From NCBI GenBank assembly GCA_965243605.1, contig CBDEVQ010000089.1, positions 1,462 to 65,461 on the forward strand: DNA of 64,000 nt. The letters are read 5' to 3'. Shown here one piece after another: positions 36,801-46,100 of this stretch (positions are counted from its first letter, which is position 1; each line of letters starts with the position of its first letter). The notes beneath the pieces were generated by a model, which did not search any database, was not told where the DNA came from, and worked only from the letters and a program-made list of their open reading frames with translations. Both the position numbers and the translations under genes were made by a program. This stretch comes from Flavobacteriales bacterium (GTDB taxonomy: Bacteria; Bacteroidota; Bacteroidia; Flavobacteriales; CAJXXR01).

Positions 36801-39413
36801 TGTATTATCAAAATATTGCCCTCCAGGACTAACATCTGCTAAAAATTCATCTATAGATTCTAAACATTTTCCATTATCAATTTCATCATTAAATTCTATA
36901 TTCGAATTCTCACAAGCTGCTTCTATATATGCATTTAGCTCAGCATTATTCATTGGTTCCAACTCTTCGCCTTCTTCTGAAAAACGCTTATTTTTTATAC
37001 CATCACCATCAACATCCTGTAACCGTGTTATGTATTTGTAATACCCATAACATGTTTCATCGTATTGCATTGGTGCTTCAAAAGCAACTTCTGGCTTAAA
37101 ATTCAATAATGCTCGGTTAATTCTATTTTTAAACTCTAATGTATCTTCGTTTATAGATAGTACCTTAATAATTGTATATGTACCTATTTCTCTTAATTCT
37201 GCATTAAAATTTTCTAATTTACTATTAATTACATCTGTTGATTTACTTTCAAAATTGACTTCTTCTGTGGTTGAATTCTCTCCAACATAACACTTTATAG
37301 CATATCCGTCAGGGTCTATAACTCCAATAAAAAGATTATATAAACAATCTGTACAACCATCTATTATTTCTGTTTGATTCTGTGAAGGAGAAACTTTAGC
37401 TTTGTCTAATATTACCTGGTCTACTGGGTATGTATCAAAGTCGTTAAGTTTTAAATATCCTGTTTGTGTTTGGAATGCATTTTCTACACCGAATCCAACA
37501 GGTGGGGTTCCTATTTCAGAACAATATTTTAGTCCATCGTTAGCAGTTGAAGGCAAATCAACACCATCAGCGTCTTTAATTTGATAAGAAAACACATGAA
37601 CTCCTGGAATGGTTGATGTAAAACTTTGGGTATATGTTAATCCCAATTCATCAATCTCCTGAACTTCTTTATCACTTTCATCTCCAGATAATAAATCGAC
37701 TTTTAAAACAACATTATCGGAACTTAAGTTTACAGAATCCAAATTCCTTGGACTGTTTTGACTTAATGCAGATGCAACAACTTGACCAGCTTGATTTAAA
37801 TACGTTACAGACATTTGGTAATTGGCATCACGAGTATAGTTTTTCTTATATTTTGATGCATCACCTGCATTATTTCCAAATAAACGATCAAGCTCTTCTT
37901 GAAATGGTGAGGCATAATAAAATCTCGATGTTCGACCATTTTGTATGGTTAATGAGTCTCCTAATGACGATACTTCGATAGGACGATCTGTTCCATCATT
38001 AGTATATAATGTTTTTGTATAAGCATAACCCTCAGCATATGGAATATTTGTTTCTATGGTATTTGATGAGGAATAATAAACACCGGCTCCATTTCCATTA
38101 GTTGAAGACAACTTCTCCATTTCACTTAACGTATTTGTAGACAAATCTTTTGATTTGGTATCAAAATTATCTGGAGTAATTGGTCCGCTAACAAAACGGT
38201 TAAATTCACTACGTAAATTCAGGCTATTGTTTGATAAATCTGGAACAGGTAAAGGGTTAATTGAAGGTCGTCCTTGATAATCATAAAATGTTTCCCCTAC
38301 AATGGCCTTATCAATACTTTCAAGCTTAGTTACAATTTGTCTATTACGCTGTGAACCATCATAATAAGATACTACATCTTTATGTTTCCCATTTTCTATA
38401 TAAGAAGATGTGCTTTGCCATACCGCAGCATCTTCAAAAGTTGATTCTATTTTTAGTACATTAGCAACAGACCAATCTCCTTCAATACGTATTCCTTCAG
38501 GAGTATAATCTACGGCTCTACATCTTGCCAACAAATACCCTCTTTTAAATAAATTAGGTATTGTATATTCATCCTCATTTTTTAAATTAACACGGGTCGC
38601 ATATTTAAAATGATTTTCTTCTATTGAAATACTTGATAAAGCATTATAAGAACTTGTAGGAATTCCATTTAAATTATCAATGGCTGTTAATCCGGCTAAA
38701 GGCCTTTCTATATTTATCCATTCTAAATCAATACCATGACCTTCATTCAATTCAATAGGTGGAAGAGTAAATTCAACATTTTCTTTGGTAGAAAGATTAC
38801 TGAACGAGATAACTAGATCAGGACCAGATATAAAATTTGGGCTTGTACTATAAGTTTCTGAAGTCTTAAATACTCTTAATATTGCATTTTCAGGAAAAGA
38901 ACTACATAGAGTTGGTGAAGTAATACTAACATTACTTAATGCTATAGTATAGTTTCCTGTAGGAATATGTTCTATACTTATTAAGTCGACATATTTTAAA
39001 TGATCTAACATTGAACCTACCTCAGGTTCAACCGTTAATTCTACAGATTCCATTCCTCCACCTTCAGGATAAACAACAGCTCCTGATGCATTTAAGACCT
39101 GATAATTAAAAGATATAACTAAACTTTCGGATAATGAATTCAAATCACTAATAACAGGATCTATTTGATCTGAAGTAAATAATGTATTCACATGATCTTC
39201 AATACCAAAAGCGATATGAAGTGCATTATTATATTCTGATGATTCGAACTCCACATCAAATTCCCCAAAAGGTCCAATATCACAAATACTTGCAATATTA
39301 GTTAATAATAGAGGTGAAGACTCTGGAACCACAACTTGAGCATTTACGTTTAGCCCTAATAAGATATAGCAGGCTAAAGATATCCTCCCTAATATATAAG
39401 TTAAATTTCTCAT
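30840..39413 (-). CDS. Giant RHS/YD-repeat polymorphic toxin, 2857 aa
   Basis: In order along the protein: a signal peptide; VVSYYDGSQRNRQIVTK...FYDYQGRP (DUF6443-like, from memory); YD repeats from about nt 34380 downward (YYYDASGNLIATVPPKG, YKYDQLGRV, IYDQLGRIV, YAYDKMGN, YDYDAIGN); the core end GARMYDPRLGRWFTPD...YNNPNLFVDPDGND; and a 246-aa C-terminal domain. Confidence 0.9.
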   Translation of the reverse strand: MRNLTYILGRISLACYILLGLNVNAQVVVPESSPLLLTNIASICDIGPFGEFDVEFESSEYNNALHIAFGIEDHVNTLFTSDQIDPVISDLNSLSESLVISFNYQVLNASGAVVYPEGGGMESVELTVEPEVGSMLDHLKYVDLISIEHIPTGNYTIALSNVSITSPTLCSSFPENAILRVFKTSETYSTSPNFISGPDLVISFSNLSTKENVEFTLPPIELNEGHGIDLEWINIERPLAGLTAIDNLNGIPTSSYNALSSISIEENHFKYATRVNLKNEDEYTIPNLFKRGYLLARCRAVDYTPEGIRIEGDWSVANVLKIESTFEDAAVWQSTSSYIENGKHKDVVSYYDGSQRNRQIVTKLESIDKAIVGETFYDYQGRPSINPLPVPDLSNNSLNLRSEFNRFVSGPITPDNFDTKSKDLSTNTLSEMEKLSSTNGNGAGVYYSSSNTIETNIPYAEGYAYTKTLYTNDGTDRPIEVSSLGDSLTIQNGRTSRFYYASPFQEELDRLFGNNAGDASKYKKNYTRDANYQMSVTYLNQAGQVVASALSQNSPRNLDSVNLSSDNVVLKVDLLSGDESDKEVQEIDELGLTYTQSFTSTIPGVHVFSYQIKDADGVDLPSTANDGLKYCSEIGTPPVGFGVENAFQTQTGYLKLNDFDTYPVDQVILDKAKVSPSQNQTEIIDGCTDCLYNLFIGVIDPDGYAIKCYVGENSTTEEVNFESKSTDVINSKLENFNAELREIGTYTIIKVLSINEDTLEFKNRINRALLNFKPEVAFEAPMQYDETCYGYYKYITRLQDVDGDGIKNKRFSEEGEELEPMNNAELNAYIEAACENSNIEFNDEIDNGKCLESIDEFLADVSPGGQYFDNTPDQYIYVEDVLKINPDYQKNGWLENGTMGEREAPSLKYAIHENAGIGETGLLPYIQFVIQTDMSTSDPWYFEFNTWDDLRNNWRPEFAHIFLPFHPEFLAMIYNCRGSYLPQMEEVISVMTEHEIHFQGFNHESPLSYKPSHIGNLGLRLDIEDDKNIYMPDHLPNARYKHKFSNVLEPVDAIPLGYFNPLGLLVEDYPQPSLLPAIPYDPNNPDETYEIDPYFKSLTGNKEWIKEKVGSFLMNFTPKFDGTTDMMSIYELLEYNLDIGEVDAYFGSTTLTSLAQLKDAIDDCDGGGCSQNLIEALNMAIYHYPEIGLISMTNKFQFFKSIYLNYRNFAQYTVFKELGSTPNSHFVFANQYNNYNPLDDQLSSAYPHFYAHPHFSYPLYYMPKISHDIYARYNNAQSCNYLPGLYPVIEIERTSSGGGNNGYCFPGIANRIIQNIDGTLSYFTYNESYDPFNNGYVDNSYGRFYEDEIKEKQIKRNDGFTFRYPVVDYFEAMEDAEDNQELLELLEEMMETAAVDLDVEYAKICKSRRTDLAYLLLVDDERNSTSVIPSDMPFSILENKMYDYCINKRALYYSKAEADAALSTALVDFTYSTHTENPNDIFNLEGSSTDEAIGYNNAVKRIKDIECACKSYNTDVVMPGIGNNTKLSEFYFANDLLNLPPSASTMVINKLDNWKSTCDVNKGVYKPKDLYDVVLDDYTGLSYNALSTFTGSYLDFVDNYGGSGNIHDITSLYECSVYDETDPQIILIKEVNEEIRTNNLLEYFQTQDQKHLTYKDNYLTKCLDINEKLTLNINLKEYQYTLYYYDASGNLIATVPPKGVDTLRQINGELNAVKAFREGTVTEPTYPSHSLMTHYKYNVLNNLIEKETPDGGKTKYKYDQLGRVICSQNAQQRIDNDFSYTIYDQLGRIVETGEAQPSTVTLFENVPSNTTYSGGTNPFKTWVHDQDRQDVSETIYDKEIQNYYQQHLGVQGQQNLRGRVSYTRYSNYLSFVSSVPSPGTVPLKRFKSHTIYSYDVHGNVKKMLQVFSHHAFGDDFKLTEYEYDLVSGNVLEVHFQPGQSDQFHHKYTYDEDNRLKKAFTSNNGHLWKEDAKYYYYAHGPLKRSEIGSSSVQGLDYAYTLQGWLKGVNGSKVGIKDIGGDGQTNGNSAFGQDVMAFSLDYFNGDYITESANPGGFTNQILSADRRNLFNGNISRMYTGINFPDQSTDPRHVYYNYHYDQLQRITQMQGFKTDAFDEYTISQSFAESRYAYDKMGNLTELDRSQDGVTYDALRYEYNDPAVPTDTDDNNNYLHRVNETNASTSINNEFDQTNSLAYDYDAIGNLIEDPGNKIDQIIWTPGGKVHKIIYNSSCAGCADLEFVYNAMGNRILKIIKEGTSSADWIYKYYALDARGNQMAHYEWAYNSGNELLEVKLKSHVLYGSDRLGVQENNNKTIRTKSTTWNPSSTGWAQNVVVDDVILDGGVFRLSSALVDRLGTTGVSDIKMMSKEYIHLNFTKVVPAKMKLRSLTPLKINQREVRNLTAFTQSAQLVNGYYQVPAQTTFEFSPQGANVNITGLPDLGTGFVLLDAFQNDQLDFDDLDVSYYPELDIEYIDYIALDGINDVSNSLTVGLKRYELKNHLGNVLSVVSDFKTSDTEARLVTATDYLPFGMQMPGRKYTSPDGYRYGFNGMENDDEVNKGPGNSIDFGARMYDPRLGRWFTPDAHASSYPEQSPYHFAYNNPNLFVDPDGNDNVIYLMLSKKVDAKLTVSDLNEIAKNANKILADLGLSTKVVVFNDSEPFSSKYLDDNDGFSVIGEVYSVNEAIKANLTDAEWQGENWKKVGLSSRLPWGSSSNPELSGLNVNVVGIHASGSKVEAGNLGLGVNMFRAYLLVHGLIHTTGVNGHVNETEGTLSKEDVEIEDAGLNVNGGFVNKVLTGKGSSQGYDITNTRGLKTMEDISDPNKNAAAVDKLESHYDPNCTGTSTDNYQKNKKNSKNP

Positions 39414-40117
39414 TACTCTTCTATTTTTATTAATTGATAACCTTTCATTTTCGACTTTGGAGTCCCTTGAATATCGGTTATATAATATTCTATTTTAAGT
39501 TTATTATTATCAGAACTACTTAGATTATTCTTCCATTGTTTTACAACCAGTTCATAACGGTCATAGTATTCTGACTCATAATCTAAAATCATTTTATTTA
39601 AAGCTCCATTCTTTTTATTTATTAAGTAACGGATACGCATTGGCTTCGTTTCACTAGAAAAAACGAACTCTAATTCATGACCTTTATCTATGGTTTCCAT
39701 ATTAACATCTGGCAAATTCCCAACTTCAGATGTATCTAGAACATTTAAAATACTCTTTTGTAATTTTTCTTGTTCATTTTTAGTTAATGCTTTTTTCTTT
39801 TTCGTAGCCTCTCCAAAATACATTCGTTTAAGTCCATTCAGAATGACAACATATTTATTCCTTGTATTTAAGGTTATTCCATTGCTGTTTTTAGAATAAT
39901 AACTATCACCTGATTTAATAGATTCGATATAAGAGGTTTCTATTTCTTTTCCTGATTTATACACATGTATTTCAGCTTCAAAAACATATTTTTCTCTTTT
40001 AAAAAACATAGAAACTTCTTTAAGCTCTTCCGTTTTAATATCTTCTAATTTTACTTGTGCCCAACTAGAAATTGAACACAGAATACATATCCCTAAAAAT
40101 ATTGTCTTACTGTTCAT
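39413..40117 (-). CDS. Secreted protein, unknown function (234 aa from MNSKTIFLG)
   Basis: Signal peptide IFLGICILCSISSWAQ. The start at 40117 avoids overlap with the upstream gene. Its stop overlaps the ATG of the RHS gene. Confidence 0.6.
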   Translation of the reverse strand: MNSKTIFLGICILCSISSWAQVKLEDIKTEELKEVSMFFKREKYVFEAEIHVYKSGKEIETSYIESIKSGDSYYSKNSNGITLNTRNKYVVILNGLKRMYFGEATKKKKALTKNEQEKLQKSILNVLDTSEVGNLPDVNMETIDKGHELEFVFSSETKPMRIRYLINKKNGALNKMILDYESEYYDRYELVVKQWKNNLSSSDNNKLKIEYYITDIQGTPKSKMKGYQLIKIEE

Positions 40118-40124
40118 AATTCTA

Positions 40125-43100
40125 TTAATATTGGATTGGTAAATTTTGACGTGTCGTTTGAAGCGTTTTAATTCCACGTGTTGTTTCCTTCTTAATTTGA
40201 AATAAATTACGATTAATGTCATAATCATATAAAGTTGCTAAATTCTGATTATCTAATTCAGCTAATACTTTATAATCCGTAGGGTCGTACACGATGGTTT
40301 TCATTGAAGAGTTAAACGGATGAATACGTATATCATCAATATAAGTGTCTTCACTTACACCATCCCATTCTAATTGCAGCCCATGTTCTAAAACTGATGA
40401 TTGAATTAAGCTAGAATTCACTTTAGCAATAAGATCTGTTCTTACCCAACCTTCAATTGGAGGAGTAACTTGAATTTGTACATCTTCTATATCCATTTCA
40501 GTTTTAAAAGATTGACCTAGTGTATTAGTATAGAAATAATACAATTTCACATTTGGACATAATCCTTCACAAGAGTTAGTGTTTTTCACCCAATAACTAA
40601 ATACATATTTTTTAGTTGGATCAAAATCTTTCCCTCGCCTTACAACATGACAATCTGAATCAATTTTTAACGAGTGACTACCCGTATGTGCTTCACTATT
40701 ACTTACTGTAGCTGAATTTACAGCTGTTGGTATAAAAAATAGATTTCCTATTTCTAATCCACTTACATCTGTACCCACATCCGTTTGTTCAAAATCATAA
40801 CATCCAATTTCACCAAAACGGGCGTTTCCAGAAACAGCTACAGGTACAGTATTATCAAACCCTATAAGCTCTGTGGAATATTGATCTAATGCATTTTTAC
40901 TCTCTAAAGCAAACCCGTATGGACTATACTTAGTCATTTCATTTGTCTTTGTCCATTCCGAATTATTACTCTGATCTTCCCAATCAAATGGTTTAAATAA
41001 CGAATATACTCCAGACATTGATAAATCAGACTCTTCTAAAGTCGCATCCCCCTTATAATCAACACGTACACGTTCAATTTCCGGATTCACAACAAACGAC
41101 TTATAAGGTTTCCAAATTCCTTTAGCACCACTTCTATATTTTGATGATTCAGGAATATCTGTTGATGAATTTCCTAAAAAGGCATTCTCTCCATAAAGCA
41201 ATTTGTCATTATTCCAATCGTCTTTATATGTAACAGCATTAGCATCTAAAACATCATAACATACCTTGAATGCTTCATACCAACTCTGTTTAAGTAAATC
41301 AGGCAAATCAATACTAATCCATGAGTATGTTACCTCTTCACCTGTTTGAGGAGAAATTTCTTGACATTCTATTTCAGTTGGTGAAGCAAAATAATAGAAT
41401 GCACCAGTATTTACACAAGGTAATGGGTTATCATTTATTTTGTCGTAAATAAATTGTTCTATTACATCGTTATCACTAATAGTAGATTCATCTTCTTCTT
41501 CATGGCTTTCTATTTTTAAATATAGATCTCCTGTAAAAGGAACATAGTTATCTCCAAAACAACTTGCATTAGGGAATGCATCATAGCCTATTTGATAATA
41601 ATCAACCTTTAAAGTGTATCCAGGACACGCATTAGTTTCATTAAATATTTTAGTACGTTTACTCTCACTAAAACTTTCAGTATTTATCCTATCGTAACTA
41701 CACCCTACTGTGTTAGGTAAATCAATTTCTTCTATAATATGTCTACTCATTGGCTGAAGTCCGTTTAACCATTGAAATATTTCATGCTGACCAAACATTA
41801 AACCTGCAATGTTTTCATTTAAACTAAGAACAGATCCTATAGAAGCCGTTAACTGATTTGTATTTCCTGATTTCACAATCTTAAAACGGTATTCATCACC
41901 AGGTATTATTTCTATATCTTCATTGAAATCACTAGCACCTGTAGGTGTATAGATATTATAGTACCCTCCTAAATCTAACTGTGTATTATTTACCCCTGAA
42001 ACTGAATAGTGCCCTAAGTATTCATTAGTAGACTCTTTATATAAACTCACTAAGTCTCCAGGCCTAAATGCAGACAATGCATTTTGATTTGTACTACCAA
42101 ATGAGAAAGATGCTTTACTACCTGAAAAATAACCAGTAGGTTTCATATATATTTCTTTACCCAAATTCTCGTACGCAGCACCCATTTGAGGATAACGTTG
42201 ATGAGCAAGCATTTCTAACGCGTGTGTTTCCTTATATTGATCATTATTTACTGAAACCAACATTGGTTTTCCTGAATACACATCGTACACATTATTTTTG
42301 GTTACAATACGTTGACCTTTATTAAACTGAATTGTTTTAGACAACACCCCTCTACGATTAACAACCTCATTAGAAACCAAAGAACTATACCCTGAAACAT
42401 CTAAACTAAACTGGAGTTGATAATCCATTGCTGGAGGAATAGGAAGTGTAAAAGAAGGAACATCCAAATTATACGCTTCTCCAAGTGTATAATTTCTTGA
42501 TTTTTGATAACGAGTATCTAAATAAAACTCTCTGGACTCTCCTAAGTTCTTTTTAGTAATCGCACTTTTATCTCCCATAACCCAAGCTTCAGGATCAAGA
42601 ATATTTTTATAACTTCCATCGTAGTGTCTAACTTTCTTAGTTTGATACTCATACTTGGTATAAGTTAATGGCTGATGATCTACATCATCATCAAACAAAT
42701 CTTGTGTTGTTTTATATGAAGATACTTGTTTAACCTTTCCAGCCATATCATTTAAATGTACTCTATATCCCTGAGAATAAGCTGCAAAATTAGCTGTAAA
42801 TGACCCTATATAAGGTAAAGCTATATTCGTTTTAACATCAGAAACTTTATTTTTTGCATTACTATGTTGTATAACTACAGGGAAATCTTTATTCGTATAG
42901 AATTCATGTACTTGTTTTCCTGCACCTGACTTCTCTGTTAAACGTTCAGTACCTTCTATTTCTTCATCTCTAACTATATTTTCTACAATTACCTTAGAAT
43001 ACCCTACCATAGGTGATGGTTGGAATTGTTCTCCATAAGTGTCTTCTACATACCGTGCTTCATTATCAATGATATATGAATCACCTTTATAATATAAAGG

Positions 43101-46100
43101 TTGCTTAAATGGATTTTCTTCACTACCAACAAGTGGTTCATATGAACACACTCCATAAGAATTCCCTTTATCATCTTCATATTGAAATGTTTGACCATAG
43201 AGCATATCACTAGCATCACCCCCAGCCATGCTACTCCAATTATCATTTAATGTAATCTGTGAGACACGATGACCTCCTCCAAATTTTTTCCCTACAGAAT
43301 TTAAACGTATAAAGGATTTATAATACATATTTTCAGAACCAGGGTTCGTATCAATTGGTATAAACTTACTTGAACTTCCCTTTTTCATTGCTACCTTATA
43401 ATATCCCTTAAACACATCAGTAAAATCAGATAATAACTGTATAACATTAACTACATCAAATGCAGCTTCTAAAAAGTTATCGCTTACAGGCTCACTTATT
43501 ACTTCTGGACGTTCGTTCTTAATATAGCGGATTCCACCTGCCCTTACAGGATGTGTCTTAATTTTCTTTCCTAAAGACGCTGGTTTTAGTTTCAATAATA
43601 TATATTCATCTCCTCCTTCAATATAGTCTCCTCCTGAAGAATCTAAAACTGGAGAAATAACAGAACTTCCATGCTCTAATTTCCCATACCCTTCAACATA
43701 ATCATTATGATTAGGAGACAACTCCATAAATATCTTAAAATAAACATTCGAAATATTTGAAAGAGCTGCATCTAAATTAAATAGACTATTGTTTATAGGT
43801 TTTTTAACAACAAGATATTTACTTTTATTAATCTTATCATTATTGTCTAATAATTTATATGATGTTTTAGAATCCTCAATCTCCTTGGATGCAAAACCAA
43901 TAACCTCATACATCTGCATAGCCTTTTTATCTTGGACATAACTATACGTATCTTTCTCATAACTAATATTAATATCAGCCCCTGACGGCAATGTTATTCG
44001 ATTTAAATTCCATAGTCCAGCTTCCTTATCGCTTGTAGCCTTATCTAGATCTTGGTTGACATAAGGAAACAAATTATAATCTGACTCACTCATTGTTGAA
44101 GCATAGTTCCCCCAACGGTCTATTTTATACGGACTATATACATTATCAATAGCATCACCTAACTCATACTCAAATCCATATCTATTTAATGCACCTCCAT
44201 ACTTATCTGCACCAGTTCCTCGAGAAAACCAAACATTAGTTAATGTTAATTTAGCCTTATTTAAGCTCGTAGAATTTTTTGTATTCTTACACAATAAATA
44301 GTCGTATTCAAAATGCACAGTTTTTATTAGAGTTTCAGCTTCATTATTCATGCGTAACTCTATTGTATTTAACCTTTTCATAGATTCTCCTAATTCGTAA
44401 TTAGGACCAGAGCTCAAATCTGGATCTTTTTGATCCTCTGAACTTACCCCTTTTGCATCTTCACGATTTTCGGTATTAAAAACTGCTTTATGTGTTTTTG
44501 TTTCAATGGTACTTAAATAATAAATTTCCTTTCTACCGTATGTAAAATTGGCTTTATCATCATGTTTATTACTCCCTACACTTGTTGGATGACCTATTGC
44601 TAAATTGGCATCAAAAAATGGAGCTCTCCATTCATAATCAGATGTCGCCAAATCATAATTAAAAAGCACATATGACCCAAAATCATCTTTTGATGGTCCA
44701 TTACCCGTTAAATCCACATAATCTGCTGAATAAATCCCTGTTAAATGAAATGCATGTGCATAAGCAGGAGTTTTAACATGCTCATAAAACTCATCCTTTC
44801 CTTTTTTATTCATTTTCTTCTTTTCTGAAGAATTATAAGGAACCGTTTTCTTTACTTTACCTAGGTCAGTAGTAACTTCTTTAATTGAAAATGCATATGT
44901 ATTCGTTTCAGTATTCATGGCCGGAAGGCCATACACATAACGCATTCCCGAAGAATTGACAACACTGACCTCTCCCATTAAATCTTCATGATTTTCAATT
45001 GAAAGATTCCATTTATCATCCATATCAGGATGAGGAAATAAATATGAATAATAGCCTGAATGATCACTCGCGTCCTTTAATTCTTTTATAGTTTTAAAAG
45101 ACATAGCGTCACCAATAAACTCATTACGATGTAAAAAGTTATGTGAAACTGAACTCAATGGATTAACACTATGCTTAACTCCAAATTTATTAGGATCAGC
45201 ATCTCCAAAAATACTTAACTTTTTACTTATTGAAGTTACTTTTGATGATACGGCTTTTAATGATGAACTATTTGTAAGTTGAGAAGCTGACATTTCCCCC
45301 GTATTTTTAAAATAATAAGGTTTAAAATGAGGGTGATTTTTTTTATAATCCAAATTTTTAAATCCATAATCTGCACCAGATAATAAAGGAATTATAGACT
45401 GCCAACGTCCACTTACTGTAGTATTGGAGCTATAATTTTTATCTTTCCCTAAATGGGTTCCTCCACCTATTCCACCTTCTATACTCCACTCAAATCCATC
45501 AGACTCAGACTCCACTTTAGGATCTCCAAGAATTCCAACATCTGTTCGCATAGCACGAAAACTCCCTCCTATTCCATGACCAGAAGCACTAAATACATCA
45601 TTTGTGTATACAGGCAGAGGTAAACGTGGACTATCATGATGAATTGCTCCATCATTTTCTCGGTTAAAATCCAGTAGACCATGTTTATCTGCATTTTCTG
45701 AATATAAATACCCATAACTCTTCACATTCTTGTATTCATCAACTGCAATTAACCTAGATTCTGTTTTTGCAGCCCAGATATCAACTTTTGCAGTTGTTCC
45801 AAATGCTGCAAATCCCACTTCAAACATTCCTTTATTTGAAGTTTCATCCATTCTAAAACTTGATGAAGGCATAAACGTATTATAAGTATTGGTTGAAAAA
45901 CCTATACTTCCACCACCACCTTTATAAGTAAACGCTGATTTGTTTGGCTTTATTGGTGTTACACTCAAACCAAAATTGGTTGGCAAAGCACCTTGACGTG
46001 AATGTAGTGTTTTTGATAAATTTAATCCAAACTGCTGAGACGCCTTCTTAAATGTTCCTGTGATCGATAATGAAGGGGTAATACTTGATCCATTTTGAGT

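Noticed and set aside
37634-37981. Antisense or alternative-frame ORFs inside the giant genes. Examples: 25531..25770, 27235..27435, 29304..29534, 32329..32583, 37402..37584, 37634..37981, 43046..43246, 46228..46464.
   Set aside because: They lie fully within long, motif-supported genes, have compositionally biased translations and show no independent signals.
39413-40228. 271-aa version of the secreted protein starting at 40228
   Set aside because: The first 37 codons overlap the 3' end of the 2192-aa gene and precede a typical signal peptide that starts at Met38. The start at 40117 is preferred.
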